Virus record (IMG/VR): IMGVR_UViG_3300046535_002009
Span: 1-64,000 of that record
Source: a virus
Length of the DNA stretch: 64,000 nt
Direction: 5' to 3' (one strand)
A program made the position numbers and the translations under genes. This document shows positions 38,060 through 47,180 of the stretch, piece by piece (the first letter of the stretch is position 1; each line of letters starts with the position of its first letter). The notes beneath the pieces were generated by a model. It did no database searches and had not been told where the DNA came from. It was given only the letters and a program-made list of their open reading frames with translations.

Positions 38060-38952
38060 GCGCGCGGGGCCGGCACTGCCCCGAGCTCCCGATCGTCCCG
38101 TTTCGACTCGAAGTAGCGCAGCTGGGTGCTCTCGACATGGACTCGGGTGGGCGGCCAGGACTCGTGGTGCTGGTTCCGCATCGCATGCCGGAACCGCCAG
38201 CCGCCGTCCTCGTCCGGGATCGGCTCAAGGCCGTTGCATGCGACGAGGACCCGGACCGATCCGAAGACCCCCTCGTCGTGACCATCGTCCCAGCGGACGG
38301 CCGCCTCCAGGTCTACAGTTCCGGGACCGCCAGCCTCGCGTTCCTCGTGCTGGCGAATCCAGTCGGACAGCGGCCGGTATGCCTCGAACTCCAGGGTCTC
38401 GCTCTGGCCGGTCTCCAGGGTCAGTGTCAGAGGTTCCCTGGTGAAGGTGGCATGAGGGCCGTCAGGAGCGAACTGGCCAGTGACGTTCACCGTGGCGTCC
38501 GGCCCAAGGTTTTTGATCGTGAAGGAGTAGCGCAGGCCGGCAAGCACGTTGCGGTCGCGCGGCGTCCGGTAGACATGGTCCCTTTCGAGCGGCATGCCAG
38601 GCGCATTCGCGGCGATGCCGATCCGCAACGGCCTGAAATCCAGGCTCGACTGCGTGACTTGGATGTGCGGGGCACGGGCGGCGAGCCGGGCCTTGGCCGC
38701 ATCCACCGCCCCGCGCTCGGCCACGGCCAGTGCATCCTGCGCGATGCGATTCGCCTGCTCGCTCAGCTCATTGGCTTGCCTGGCGAGCTCGTTCGCGCCG
38801 TCGCTACGAGCGTTCGCCTGCTCGGCGGTGACGTTGGCGCGTTCGCTGTTCCGGTTGGCCCTCCGGGCGGTGTGGTGCTGGGCGATCGCCCAGATCCAAC
38901 TGCCCGCTGCTGCTGTCGCGGAGGCGAGGGCGATCTTGTCCGAGGTGTTCAT
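37996..38952 (-). CDS. Hypothetical protein, N-terminal TM + coiled coil
   Basis: AEQANA/ARQANE/SEQANR heptads; overlaps the XRE 3' end by 64 nt. Confidence 0.7.
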   Translation of the reverse strand: MNTSDKIALASATAAAGSWIWAIAQHHTARRANRNSERANVTAEQANARSDGANELARQANELSEQANRIAQDALAVAERGAVDAAKARLAARAPHIQVTQSSLDFRPLRIGIAANAPGMPLERDHVYRTPRDRNVLAGLRYSFTIKNLGPDATVNVTGQFAPDGPHATFTREPLTLTLETGQSETLEFEAYRPLSDWIRQHEEREAGGPGTVDLEAAVRWDDGHDEGVFGSVRVLVACNGLEPIPDEDGGWRFRHAMRNQHHESWPPTRVHVESTQLRYFESKRDDRELGAVPAPRAQEAAPVLRANSLTPGSGAGE

Positions 38953-39050
38953 GGCGGCACCGTAGTGGTCGGCGCTGACGCGCGATAGGCGTCACCTTCC
39001 GTCTGGTATACAGCGGCACTCTGGGTCGCTGGCAGGGCCCGGCAGGGCAC

Positions 39051-39302
39051 TCAGGTCTGCCCACGGGCGATGGCACTGGCCCGTTCCGGCTTGACGCCGA
39101 TGTGCGGGGCGATGGCGGTGTAGGACAGGCCGGCCGCGTGGAGGGCCTGGAGGTCCTGCTGTCGCATGGTGCGTAGCCAGCGCTGGAGTTCGGGGACGGC
39201 CTTGAGTGCGGCGGTGAGGCGCTGGGCTCGGTCGATGGTGCCGGCGTCGTCGGCGAGCTGCGCGAGAGCAGCGAACGGCTCGGGGAGCTGCGGAGTAGTC
39301 AT
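39051..39302 (-). CDS. Small HTH repressor-like protein (probably leaderless)
   Basis: GLSYTAIAPHIGVKPERASAI; TAAAGT -10 lies 6 nt before the ATG; paralogue of 23185-23484. Confidence 0.8.
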   Translation of the reverse strand: MTTPQLPEPFAALAQLADDAGTIDRAQRLTAALKAVPELQRWLRTMRQQDLQALHAAGLSYTAIAPHIGVKPERASAIARGQT

Positions 39303-39310
39303 ACAGCGAC

Positions 39311-39377
39311 TTTAGCGGGTACCCGCTTGACTGCCTAGGCGCAGCAGTCGTACCGTGAATGCTGTCAGAGCGCAGCA
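39311..39377 (+). promoter_or_regulatory. Promoter/operator C
   Basis: TTGACT-N18-TACCGT; GACTG-N8-CAGCA and TGCTG-N8-CAGCA; near copy of 25265-25331. Confidence 0.8.
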
Positions 39378-39401
39378 AATCCTAGCCCGGGAGCCCTCGC
39401 C

Positions 39402-39869
39402 GTGACCACCATCGCCCTCGCCGCTGTCGCGGCCGGCACCCTCCTCACGCTCAGCCCCCTCGACCCGCAGGCCGTACGCGACGCCCACTGCCTCATCAAC
39501 CCCGACGCCCTGCACGAGCAGGACGCCGACGTCACCGCCGACCTCGCGCTGATCGACCGGATCACGGCTTGGCTGCCCCGCTGCACGGAGCGCACGCCCG
39601 CGCTGGAGATCAACCTGCGGGAGCGTCACCACGCCGAGGACCGGCTCCTCGCCGCGTACGGCCACGTCGTCCCGACCGAGGCGCAGCGGCAGGCCGCACG
39701 GCGGGCCTCCGCCCGGGCGACCGCGGCCGTCCACTCGATCGCCGACCGCGCTCACCCGCCCGCGGACTGCCCGGCCTGCCGTGCCTGGGAGGACTGCCCG
39801 GCCGCGGACCGTGCCCACCGGGACGCGCTGCACATCGACTGGGTCACCCGCTGGCACACCGCCGCCTGA
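39402..39869 (+). CDS. Hypothetical protein
   Basis: GGGAG RBS. Confidence 0.65.
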   Translation: MTTIALAAVAAGTLLTLSPLDPQAVRDAHCLINPDALHEQDADVTADLALIDRITAWLPRCTERTPALEINLRERHHAEDRLLAAYGHVVPTEAQRQAARRASARATAAVHSIADRAHPPADCPACRAWEDCPAADRAHRDALHIDWVTRWHTAA

Positions 39870-39968
39870 TCCTCCCCCGGCCGAGGGCCAGCCCCTGACG
39901 GGCCGCACGACCTCTTCCCGGCCGTCACGGCGCGGCCGACCTCTCCTCCATCGCGAAGGGCACATCCG

Positions 39969-40181
39969 ATGAGCTCCCTCCTCGACCGTCTCGCCCCGAT
40001 CGACCGCGTCCTCCTCGACGACGACCTGGAGCTGACCTTCACCCACGAGACCTTCGCGGCGCAGCCCCTGCCGGAACCGTGGGAGACCGAACCCTGCGAG
40101 CTGTGCGGCGCGTCCCCGGGCGAGCGCTGCGCCACGGACTGCCCGAACCACGCCCCTGTCGAGGAAGGCACCCCCCGATGA
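39969..40181 (+). CDS. Small Zn-finger protein
   Basis: CELCGASPGERC. Confidence 0.6.
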   Translation: MSSLLDRLAPIDRVLLDDDLELTFTHETFAAQPLPEPWETEPCELCGASPGERCATDCPNHAPVEEGTPR

Positions 40182-41083
40182 CCGACCACACGCCCGAGCA
40201 GCAGGCCGCTGAACGCTTCCGCCTAGAGACGTCCGGCCACCGCCTCACCGTCCTCCAGGACAACGGCCTCTACCGGCACCTGCGCTTCGAGAATCCCCGC
40301 CACGGCAGCCTCTACCGGGCCGACCTGATCACCTGGCCCCACGGCCTGGCGGTCCGCGGTGACGGCCCGAACTTCACCTTCTCGCTCCACCCGACGCGCG
40401 ACCTGTTCGAGATGTTCCGCGGCTCCAGCCAGTTCGGCATCAACCCGGGCTACTGGAAGGAGAAGGTCCAGGCCGGCGAGGTCCTGGCGTGGTCGGAGGT
40501 CAAATTCCGCGACTGGCTGATCAAGGCCGCCCGGGGCGCAGAAGCCCTCCATCGCGGCATCGGTGCCGCCGTCCGCGAGAAGATCCTCGACAGCGACGAG
40601 TACGACCTCGCCCACGAGGAGATGGCCCGGGCCGCAGTCGCCGACTTCGACCACAACGGCCACCACCTGCGGTACCCGGCAAGGTGGGAGTGGAGCTTCG
40701 AGGACTGGTCGTGGGAGTACCTGTGGGGCTGCCACGCGATCGTCCGGATCATCGCCGAGTACGACCAGTTCACGGCGGGTGCATCCGTGCGTGCCACCCG
40801 GTACACGGTCAACGCCGTGCCCGACGGTGCCCTGTCGGACCCCTACCTCTGGGACATCCACGTCGAACGCCTGCGGGACGGCAAGCGCTGGTTCATCACC
40901 AACGGCTACGCGTACCTCGACGCCCGAGGCGTCTGGCACCACACGCTCCATGAGGCCGGCACCCACGGCTTCGAGGAGGCCATGACGCTCGCCCGCGCTG
41001 AGGCCCCGAGGCTGCAAGTCATGGGGCGCACCGCCGCCGAGGCCGTCACCTGGGCCGCACAGCGGTCGGCTCTGGAGGCCTGA
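40178..41083 (+). CDS. Conserved hypothetical phage protein
   Basis: DNGLYRHLRF...LITWP...GD...INPGYWKEK. Confidence 0.75.
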   Translation: MTDHTPEQQAAERFRLETSGHRLTVLQDNGLYRHLRFENPRHGSLYRADLITWPHGLAVRGDGPNFTFSLHPTRDLFEMFRGSSQFGINPGYWKEKVQAGEVLAWSEVKFRDWLIKAARGAEALHRGIGAAVREKILDSDEYDLAHEEMARAAVADFDHNGHHLRYPARWEWSFEDWSWEYLWGCHAIVRIIAEYDQFTAGASVRATRYTVNAVPDGALSDPYLWDIHVERLRDGKRWFITNGYAYLDARGVWHHTLHEAGTHGFEEAMTLARAEAPRLQVMGRTAAEAVTWAAQRSALEA

Positions 41084-41085
41084 CC

Positions 41086-41682
41086 ATGCCGCCGTCCCGC
41101 GCCGAACTCGCCGCAAAGCACGAGCGGGTCCGCCGGCTCGCCGCCGAGGGCTGGGCCACCGCCCGGATTGCCAAGGAACTCGGCATGGACCGCCGGGACG
41201 TCCGTGCGGTCCGCAACGCTGCGGGCCTTCCGGTCGGCCCCTTCGTCCAGCAGCCCCTCACCCTGGAACAGAAGTGGGCCGAGCGCACCCAGCCGGTTGA
41301 TGGCGGCCATCTCGAATGGTCCGGATCACGCGCCGTGTCTGGCACACCCATCATGATCTACCGCGGCCGGATGTACACCGCGGCCGCCATCGCGTTCCGC
41401 ATCCACAACGGCACGGACCCTATCGGCTACGCCAAGGCCAGCTGTGGCACAGCACATTGCGTCGCCCCCGAGCACGTTGATGACGCGGCCCGCCGCGCTC
41501 GCGACCGAGCCGCGCTGCGCATCGTGCTCGGCACCGGCGAACGCCCAGCGTTCTGCCGCCGTGCAGGCCACGACCAGACCGTCCACGGCCGCCTCTCCCC
41601 GGACGGCGTCCAGTACTGCCACGCGTGCAACCTCACCACCAAGGCCACTGCACGCACTCAGCGCCAGCAGGAGACAGCATGA
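41086..41682 (+). CDS. HTH + degenerate HNH/Zn-finger protein
   Basis: ARIAKELGMD; CGTAHCVAPEH; CHAC. Confidence 0.7.
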   Translation: MPPSRAELAAKHERVRRLAAEGWATARIAKELGMDRRDVRAVRNAAGLPVGPFVQQPLTLEQKWAERTQPVDGGHLEWSGSRAVSGTPIMIYRGRMYTAAAIAFRIHNGTDPIGYAKASCGTAHCVAPEHVDDAARRARDRAALRIVLGTGERPAFCRRAGHDQTVHGRLSPDGVQYCHACNLTTKATARTQRQQETA

Positions 41683-42140
41683 CCGCCTACCAGCCCCTCA
41701 CCACAGGCCAGATCGACAAAGCCCGCGAGCTGATCGGAGACGTCCGGCGCGCTGAGCCCAGCCTCGTCGTCGAGCTCGCGCAGAGCGTCAACGACCGCCG
41801 TACCCATGACCACCCCACGATCAATGAGGACTGGTTCTGCAACAACCTGTCCGGATGGGCCGGCGACAAGGCGGCCGTCGTCCTGCAGCGACTCCTCGAC
41901 GCCGAGACCGCGCTCGCGGCCGTCACCGCCGAACGCGACGCCGCTCTAGCCGAGGTGGCGACCGCGAAGGCGGCCGGTTACCGCAGCGCCGCAGCCAACG
42001 TCGCCGAGATGATGGACCTGCACGGTGCCGACTTCGACCCGCCCATGATCCGGGTGTTCCTGGACCGCGGCGCCGAGGCCCGCGAGAAGTTCGCGGCCCA
42101 CCTCGCTGCCGGCCAGCTCATCGCCGAGCCGGGGGCCTGA
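41679..42140 (+). CDS. Hypothetical protein
   Basis: AGGAG RBS, ATGA coupling. Confidence 0.7.
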   Translation: MTAYQPLTTGQIDKARELIGDVRRAEPSLVVELAQSVNDRRTHDHPTINEDWFCNNLSGWAGDKAAVVLQRLLDAETALAAVTAERDAALAEVATAKAAGYRSAAANVAEMMDLHGADFDPPMIRVFLDRGAEAREKFAAHLAAGQLIAEPGA

Positions 42141-42141
42141 C

Positions 42142-42420
42142 ATGGCCCAGTCGATGACCGCCAACCAGTGGAACCACCACTACCCCGTCGGCACGCCCGT
42201 GACCGCCTACCCCGGCGTCCACCCCGAATACGCCGCCGAGATCGGCCTGACCGACGTCCCCACGCTGGAGACCCACACCCGAAGCCACGCCTGGAACCTC
42301 GGCCACGGCGAGCCGGTCGTGATGGTCGACGGCTACGCCGGCGGCATCAGCCTGGGCCACGTCTTCGTCCGGGTGCAGGTCGAGGCCACCTCAACCGCCA
42401 CCGTCAGGCCTGAGCCATGA
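42142..42420 (+). CDS. Hypothetical phage protein
   Basis: WNHHYPVGTPV...TRSHAW. Confidence 0.7.
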   Translation: MAQSMTANQWNHHYPVGTPVTAYPGVHPEYAAEIGLTDVPTLETHTRSHAWNLGHGEPVVMVDGYAGGISLGHVFVRVQVEATSTATVRPEP

Positions 42421-42749
42421 CCGACCTTCCGGACTCCCTCGTGCGCCTCGCAGCCAAGCAGGACCTCCGCGTCAGGGAAGCTCTTGGGCGGATCGCTGAC
42501 GGGGCGGAGGCACTCCACCACGCCTTGGCCGCCGTCGGCGCTGAAACGCCGGGCTTCAAGGACCTGCTGGCGCTCACTGGGCCCGACTTGGCCACGCGCG
42601 CAGCCCTGTACGGGCTCGCCCGGCCCACCGCCGACCAGCCCCAGCCCGCGCCCGCCGCTGATGGCTGCAAGTGCCAGACGGCCACCCACCTCGGCCACTG
42701 GCCGGGCTGCCCCAGCCGCACGGCACAGGCCGGCCACACCAACACGTGA
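42417..42749 (+). CDS. Hypothetical protein
   Basis: Coupled ORF. Confidence 0.55.
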   Translation: MTDLPDSLVRLAAKQDLRVREALGRIADGAEALHHALAAVGAETPGFKDLLALTGPDLATRAALYGLARPTADQPQPAPAADGCKCQTATHLGHWPGCPSRTAQAGHTNT

Positions 42750-42759
42750 GGAGCGGGCC

Positions 42760-42951
42760 GTGATCATCAAGGTCCCCGCCTACCTGATCACCTGCGACGG
42801 CTGCCGCAAGGTTCTGTACGAGGACCGCAACGGCTGGCACTGCACCGTACTCGCTGAAGAACCGCGCGCAGCCCGGCACATCGCCACCAACGCCGGTTGG
42901 ACCGTCCACCCCGACGGCCACCTCTACTGCCCCGACGAACGCCACGCCTGA
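42760..42951 (+). CDS. Small Zn-binding protein
   Basis: ITCDGC...GW...YCP. Confidence 0.6.
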   Translation: MIIKVPAYLITCDGCRKVLYEDRNGWHCTVLAEEPRAARHIATNAGWTVHPDGHLYCPDERHA

Positions 42952-43007
42952 CCCCGCTGCCCAGCCGGCGATTCCGGTCGGGCTCACCACCACCCAGGAG
43001 GAACACC

Positions 43008-43418
43008 ATGCCCGACGTGGGATCCGTCACCCACCCCGCCGCCATCTACGCCCCGGGCGTCTTCAGCCCCGGCAACGGCCCCGACGACTGGCCCATCGAG
43101 CGCGACCGCCAGATCTTCGAGCTCGTCGTCACCACCTCCACGGGGCCGTTCCACGCGCCGAATGGCGACATGGATGGCAGGCCTTGCTCCGGCTGCGCCG
43201 AACTCCCAGCCGAAGGAGACGAGATCACCCGCCTCGGGGATCTCTGGTGGCACCTCAACTGCGCCAGGAAGCACCTGCGGGAACGAGGCGCGGACGAGGC
43301 GTGGCTGCTCCTCGGCGCCGACTTGGCAGCGCGGCCCTCGAGGTACGGCGTGGCGGAGACCCGGGCGATCACCCGGAACCTGCTGCGGCTGACCGCCCGT
43401 CCCGGCAAGGAGGGCTGA
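43008..43418 (+). CDS. Hypothetical protein
   Basis: AGGAGG RBS. Confidence 0.7.
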   Translation: MPDVGSVTHPAAIYAPGVFSPGNGPDDWPIERDRQIFELVVTTSTGPFHAPNGDMDGRPCSGCAELPAEGDEITRLGDLWWHLNCARKHLRERGADEAWLLLGADLAARPSRYGVAETRAITRNLLRLTARPGKEG

Positions 43419-43422
43419 ACCC

Positions 43423-43587
43423 GTGGCCACTTCCTCCGACCGGCAGGGATGGGACCTCGCCGAGTTCCACTGCGGCCGCTGCGGGACCGTGATCACCGCC
43501 ACCACCGAGCGCGAGTACGTGAGCCTCGTCAGAGGCCACAAGGCCACCTGCCCCGGCGACGGCGACCGGGCGCAGCGGGCGGGGTAG
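43423..43587 (+). CDS. Small C2HC Zn-finger protein
   Basis: FHCGRCG...HKATC; GGAGG RBS. Confidence 0.55.
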   Translation: MATSSDRQGWDLAEFHCGRCGTVITATTEREYVSLVRGHKATCPGDGDRAQRAG

Positions 43588-43589
43588 CG

Positions 43590-43955
43590 GTGCCTATCCG
43601 GCCGGAGAACCGGCGTCTGTACCCGCTGGACTGGCCGGAGATCAGCGCACGGATCCGCTTCGGCCGGGCCAGCGGCCGGTGCGAGTGCGTCGGCGAGTGC
43701 GGCCGCGGCACCCACGACGGCCGGTGCCCGAACCGGCACGGCGAGCCGGCGTACGGCACCGGCTCGGAGGTGGTGCTGACGACCGCGCACCTTGATCACA
43801 CGCCGCAGAACTGCACCCCGGCCAACTTGCGCGCCATGTGCCAGGGGTGCCATCTGCACTACGACCGGGAGCACCACCGGCAGACCGCGGCGGCGACCCG
43901 GCGGGCCGCGAGCGCGGCGGCCGGCCAGCTCTCCTTCGACCTGCCGACGGACTAA
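43590..43955 (+). CDS. HNH-like endonuclease
   Basis: YPLDW, VLTTAHLDH...NLRAMCQGCHLHYD. Confidence 0.8.
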   Translation: MPIRPENRRLYPLDWPEISARIRFGRASGRCECVGECGRGTHDGRCPNRHGEPAYGTGSEVVLTTAHLDHTPQNCTPANLRAMCQGCHLHYDREHHRQTAAATRRAASAAAGQLSFDLPTD

Positions 43956-44011
43956 GAGTGCCGCGTTTCCGCAGGTCGCACCCGAACCCGACAGTAACTT
44001 AGGAGTACAGC

Positions 44012-44593
44012 GTGCCCGACACCACCATCCTGCCCGGCAACCTCGTCGACCCCGCCACTGGCCTACGCGCATGGAACGGCCGACTGATCCTGCCCGGCCA
44101 CATCGACAAGGGCCACGCCCGCGCGATCGTCCTCGCCCGTTACCCGGAGGCCGACACCTCCACCGAGCTCAGCCCCGCCTTCCACGAGCACATCCAGTTC
44201 AACGAGCCGTACGGCTGCTGGGTGTTCGGCAGCGATGTCCCCGTCACCGTGCTCCTGATCCAGCCCCGCGACGAGGAGGACCGGGACGACGAGCCCGAAC
44301 CGCAGACCGGCGACGAGCAGGACCCCGAGCTGGCGACGCCCGCCCAGGTCGACGCCTACCTGCGGCAGCTCCTCTCCCCGGAGACCTACCTGCGCTACCA
44401 GCAGGCGCTGTGCGGCCGGGCGGTTAGCCAGGCTGCCGCGGAGCAGCGGCTGCAGGCCGCGCACCGGTCGGTGACCGGCGCCCCGCTGCCCGAGTACGTG
44501 GTGCGCGGATGGCAGGACGCGGCGAACCACGTCGACCCACTGAAGGCCGGTGGTCGCCGCTGGCCGGCCGAGCTGATCGAGCTCGGCCGCTGA
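44012..44593 (+). CDS. Hypothetical protein
   Basis: AGGAG RBS. Confidence 0.7.
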   Translation: MPDTTILPGNLVDPATGLRAWNGRLILPGHIDKGHARAIVLARYPEADTSTELSPAFHEHIQFNEPYGCWVFGSDVPVTVLLIQPRDEEDRDDEPEPQTGDEQDPELATPAQVDAYLRQLLSPETYLRYQQALCGRAVSQAAAEQRLQAAHRSVTGAPLPEYVVRGWQDAANHVDPLKAGGRRWPAELIELGR

Positions 44594-44723
44594 CACTGTC
44601 CGGTCGGGCGACGGGCCCTCCAGCACGTCGCCATTCGCTGCGATGGCGCAGCGATCGGCAGGGCGCCCAAGCCGCGAGCTTGTGCAGCTCGCAGGGACTT
44701 TAAGCTCGGCTGGCTCGGGCTGC

Positions 44724-44773
44724 TTGACCTAGGTAGCGCGCACCCATACCGTTATTGCTGTCAGCGCGCAGCA
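44724..44773 (+). promoter_or_regulatory. Promoter/operator D
   Basis: TTGACC-N17-TACCGT followed by TGCTG-TCAGCGCG-CAGCA. Confidence 0.78.
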
Positions 44774-44944
44774 ATGACCGGAGCCCCGATGCACCGTCTT
44801 GCCCTGTCCGCCGCCGCCATCCCACGCGCCCTCCCAGGCCACTGGCAGCGCCGCACGCCTCCCCGCCACGTTCAAGCCCGAAGGAGCGCCCGTGGCCCCC
44901 TCCAGCTACGCCTTCCGCAAGTCCTGCGAGAAGGAGATCCACGG

Positions 44945-45403
44945 ATGAGTCCCCTCGTCGACGACAGCCAGCGGATCATCGACGCCATCGCCTGCGGCGC
45001 CTCCGGGGACCGGCCGGGCGCCCTGGCCCACCTGAAGCCGATCATCGACCGCGGCCCCGGCGCCATCTTCGCCATGCTCCACGCCCTGGCCAACGTCGCA
45101 GTGGTCGAGCAGAAGCCGGAGACCGGAACGTTCCTCGGCATCGCCGTCGAGACCACGGACGGGCACGCTGCGAGCATCGACCAACTCCCGGCCGGGCACC
45201 GGTTCGCCGCGCAGTTCACCACCGCGGTCGCGAACGACGACCTGGACCAGGCCGACGCCCTCTACCGCGCGCTGCTCGTCGGTGACGACTTCCACGCCGC
45301 CACCGGCTTGGCCGAAGGGATCGGCGCCGTCTACGACATGGCCGTCGCCACGACCGTCGCCATGGTCGAGCTGGCCCGGCAGCGGAAGCGGGGCCAGCAG
45401 TGA
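44945..45403 (+). CDS. Hypothetical protein
   Basis: AAGGAG RBS. Confidence 0.7.
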   Translation: MSPLVDDSQRIIDAIACGASGDRPGALAHLKPIIDRGPGAIFAMLHALANVAVVEQKPETGTFLGIAVETTDGHAASIDQLPAGHRFAAQFTTAVANDDLDQADALYRALLVGDDFHAATGLAEGIGAVYDMAVATTVAMVELARQRKRGQQ

Positions 45404-46212
45404 GCAGCGACACCACGGCGCTCGGCGACCGCATGAAGCGCTACGAGGCGCCGTACCGGGCCCTGTTGCCGCGCCGCACGTACACCGTGCTGCGGGTCGA
45501 CGGCCGCGCGTTCCACACGTACCTCAGGGGCGCCGTGCGGCCCTTCGACGAGGCTTTCGCCGCGGACATGGATGCCGTTGCCGCGGCGATGTGCAAGGAG
45601 ATCACGGGCGCATTCCTGGCCTACGTCCAGTCCGACGAGATCAGCATCGTCGCCGCGGACTTCCGCTCGACCAGCACCGAGCCGTGGTTCGGCGGGGTCG
45701 TCGCGAAGTGGACGAGCATCGGCGCAGCAATCGCCACGGCCGAGTTGAACGCCCGCCGGCCGGGCCGCCGTGCCCTGTTCGATGCCCGGGTCTTCACGCT
45801 GTCCGACCCGGTGGAGGTCGCCAACTACCTGGTGTGGCGGCAGCGGGACGCAACCCGGAACAGCATCGTCATGGCCGGGCAGGCGCACTTCCCGCACCGA
45901 TCCCTCCACGGGCAGGACACCGGGCAGATCCAGGAACGGCTGTGGGCTGAGCGGGGCGTGAACTGGAACCGCTACCCGGACGGCTTCAAGCGTGGCCGGG
46001 TCGCCACCCGCGTCGTCGGCTTCCGCGACAGCGAGCACCCCGAACGGGGGCGCGCGCCGCGGTCATGGTGGGCAGCGGAACCGGCACCGGTCTTCATCGC
46101 CGAGCCGGGCAGCTGGCTCGCCCGGACGATCCCCACCCTGCCCACGCTCGCACCGGCGCCGCCCTGCGGCGTCGGCCACTCGCTGGCACCGCACCAGTCC
46201 GCCCCGGCCTGA
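45400..46212 (+). CDS. thg1: tRNA(His) guanylyltransferase Thg1-like 3'-5' polymerase
   Basis: RMKRYE, RVDGRAFH, QSDEISI, FDARVF, WRQRDATRNSI. Confidence 0.93.
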   Translation: MSSDTTALGDRMKRYEAPYRALLPRRTYTVLRVDGRAFHTYLRGAVRPFDEAFAADMDAVAAAMCKEITGAFLAYVQSDEISIVAADFRSTSTEPWFGGVVAKWTSIGAAIATAELNARRPGRRALFDARVFTLSDPVEVANYLVWRQRDATRNSIVMAGQAHFPHRSLHGQDTGQIQERLWAERGVNWNRYPDGFKRGRVATRVVGFRDSEHPERGRAPRSWWAAEPAPVFIAEPGSWLARTIPTLPTLAPAPPCGVGHSLAPHQSAPA

Positions 46213-46224
46213 GAAGGACCAGTC

Positions 46225-46488
46225 ATGCCCACCACACCCGGGCCTGCGCAGGCCTCCCCCCGCTGCGACTACTCCGACCTCCCCGTCGACAGCTGCGCCC
46301 ACTGCCGCGGCAACCGGCTATTCCCCGAGGTCCGGCGCGTCCGCACCGGCGTCGTCGGCCGACCCATCACTGCCCGCTTCCCGGGCCGCTGCGCCTGCGG
46401 CGAGGCCTACCCGCCCGGCACCACCATCCGATCGCTCGACGGCTCCTGGGTCGCCGACTGCTGCGCGACCGAGGCGGACGAGACGTGA
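46225..46488 (+). CDS. Small Cys-rich protein
   Basis: CAHCR, ARFPGRCACG. Confidence 0.6.
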   Translation: MPTTPGPAQASPRCDYSDLPVDSCAHCRGNRLFPEVRRVRTGVVGRPITARFPGRCACGEAYPPGTTIRSLDGSWVADCCATEADET

Positions 46489-46829
46489 CCGCTTCCCACA
46501 ACTACGGCCCTGGCTTCCGCGGTTGGGGACACGACTATGCCATCACCGAGGTGATCGACGGCGGCCGCCAGCTGCGGGCCTGCGGCTGGGGCCCGCTCGG
46601 CGGCTCCCGGATCGCGGAGGGCGACTTCATTCTGCTGCAGGCCGGTACGACGGACACCCGGTACCAGGTCGTCAGCGTCGAGTACGTCACCGACCCGGCG
46701 GACATGTGGTTCGCCGTCCTGAAGTTCGCACCCCGCTCCGGCCCGGCCGAGCCCTCGACCGCCAGCTCGGCACTCGCCACCTCAGCCGTTCACCCCAGCC
46801 CAACATCGCAGCCAAGGAGTACCCCATGA
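46485..46829 (+). CDS. Hypothetical protein
   Basis: GTGA coupling. Confidence 0.6.
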   Translation: MTASHNYGPGFRGWGHDYAITEVIDGGRQLRACGWGPLGGSRIAEGDFILLQAGTTDTRYQVVSVEYVTDPADMWFAVLKFAPRSGPAEPSTASSALATSAVHPSPTSQPRSTP

Positions 46830-47119
46830 GCGCCGCAACCACCGTCCTTCCCCAGCACGATGAGCTCCTCAGCCGTCTCACCGCGGTCGACAGCGAACCG
46901 CACATGGTGGAGCGGTTCTACCCGCACATCCTCACGTCTGCCGGACAGGAGAAGACCGGCCTCGGCGTCGCGCTGGCGCTCACCCTTGCCGCCTCCGACT
47001 ACACCGACGGCATGCCGCCGGTCCTGGCCCGTGTCGTCCTGCTCCGGCTGCCAAGTTTCGTGCGCGCCATCGTTGACGACCCCCAGGTCCAGGCCGAGGC
47101 CCTCGCTGGCCTTCGGTAG
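46826..47119 (+). CDS. Hypothetical protein
   Basis: AAGGAG RBS. Confidence 0.65.
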   Translation: MSAATTVLPQHDELLSRLTAVDSEPHMVERFYPHILTSAGQEKTGLGVALALTLAASDYTDGMPPVLARVVLLRLPSFVRAIVDDPQVQAEALAGLR

Positions 47120-47180
47120 GTGCGACCTTCAGAAACACGACAGCCCAACCCGCGAGTAACAACCAGTGGAGGAATTGATC

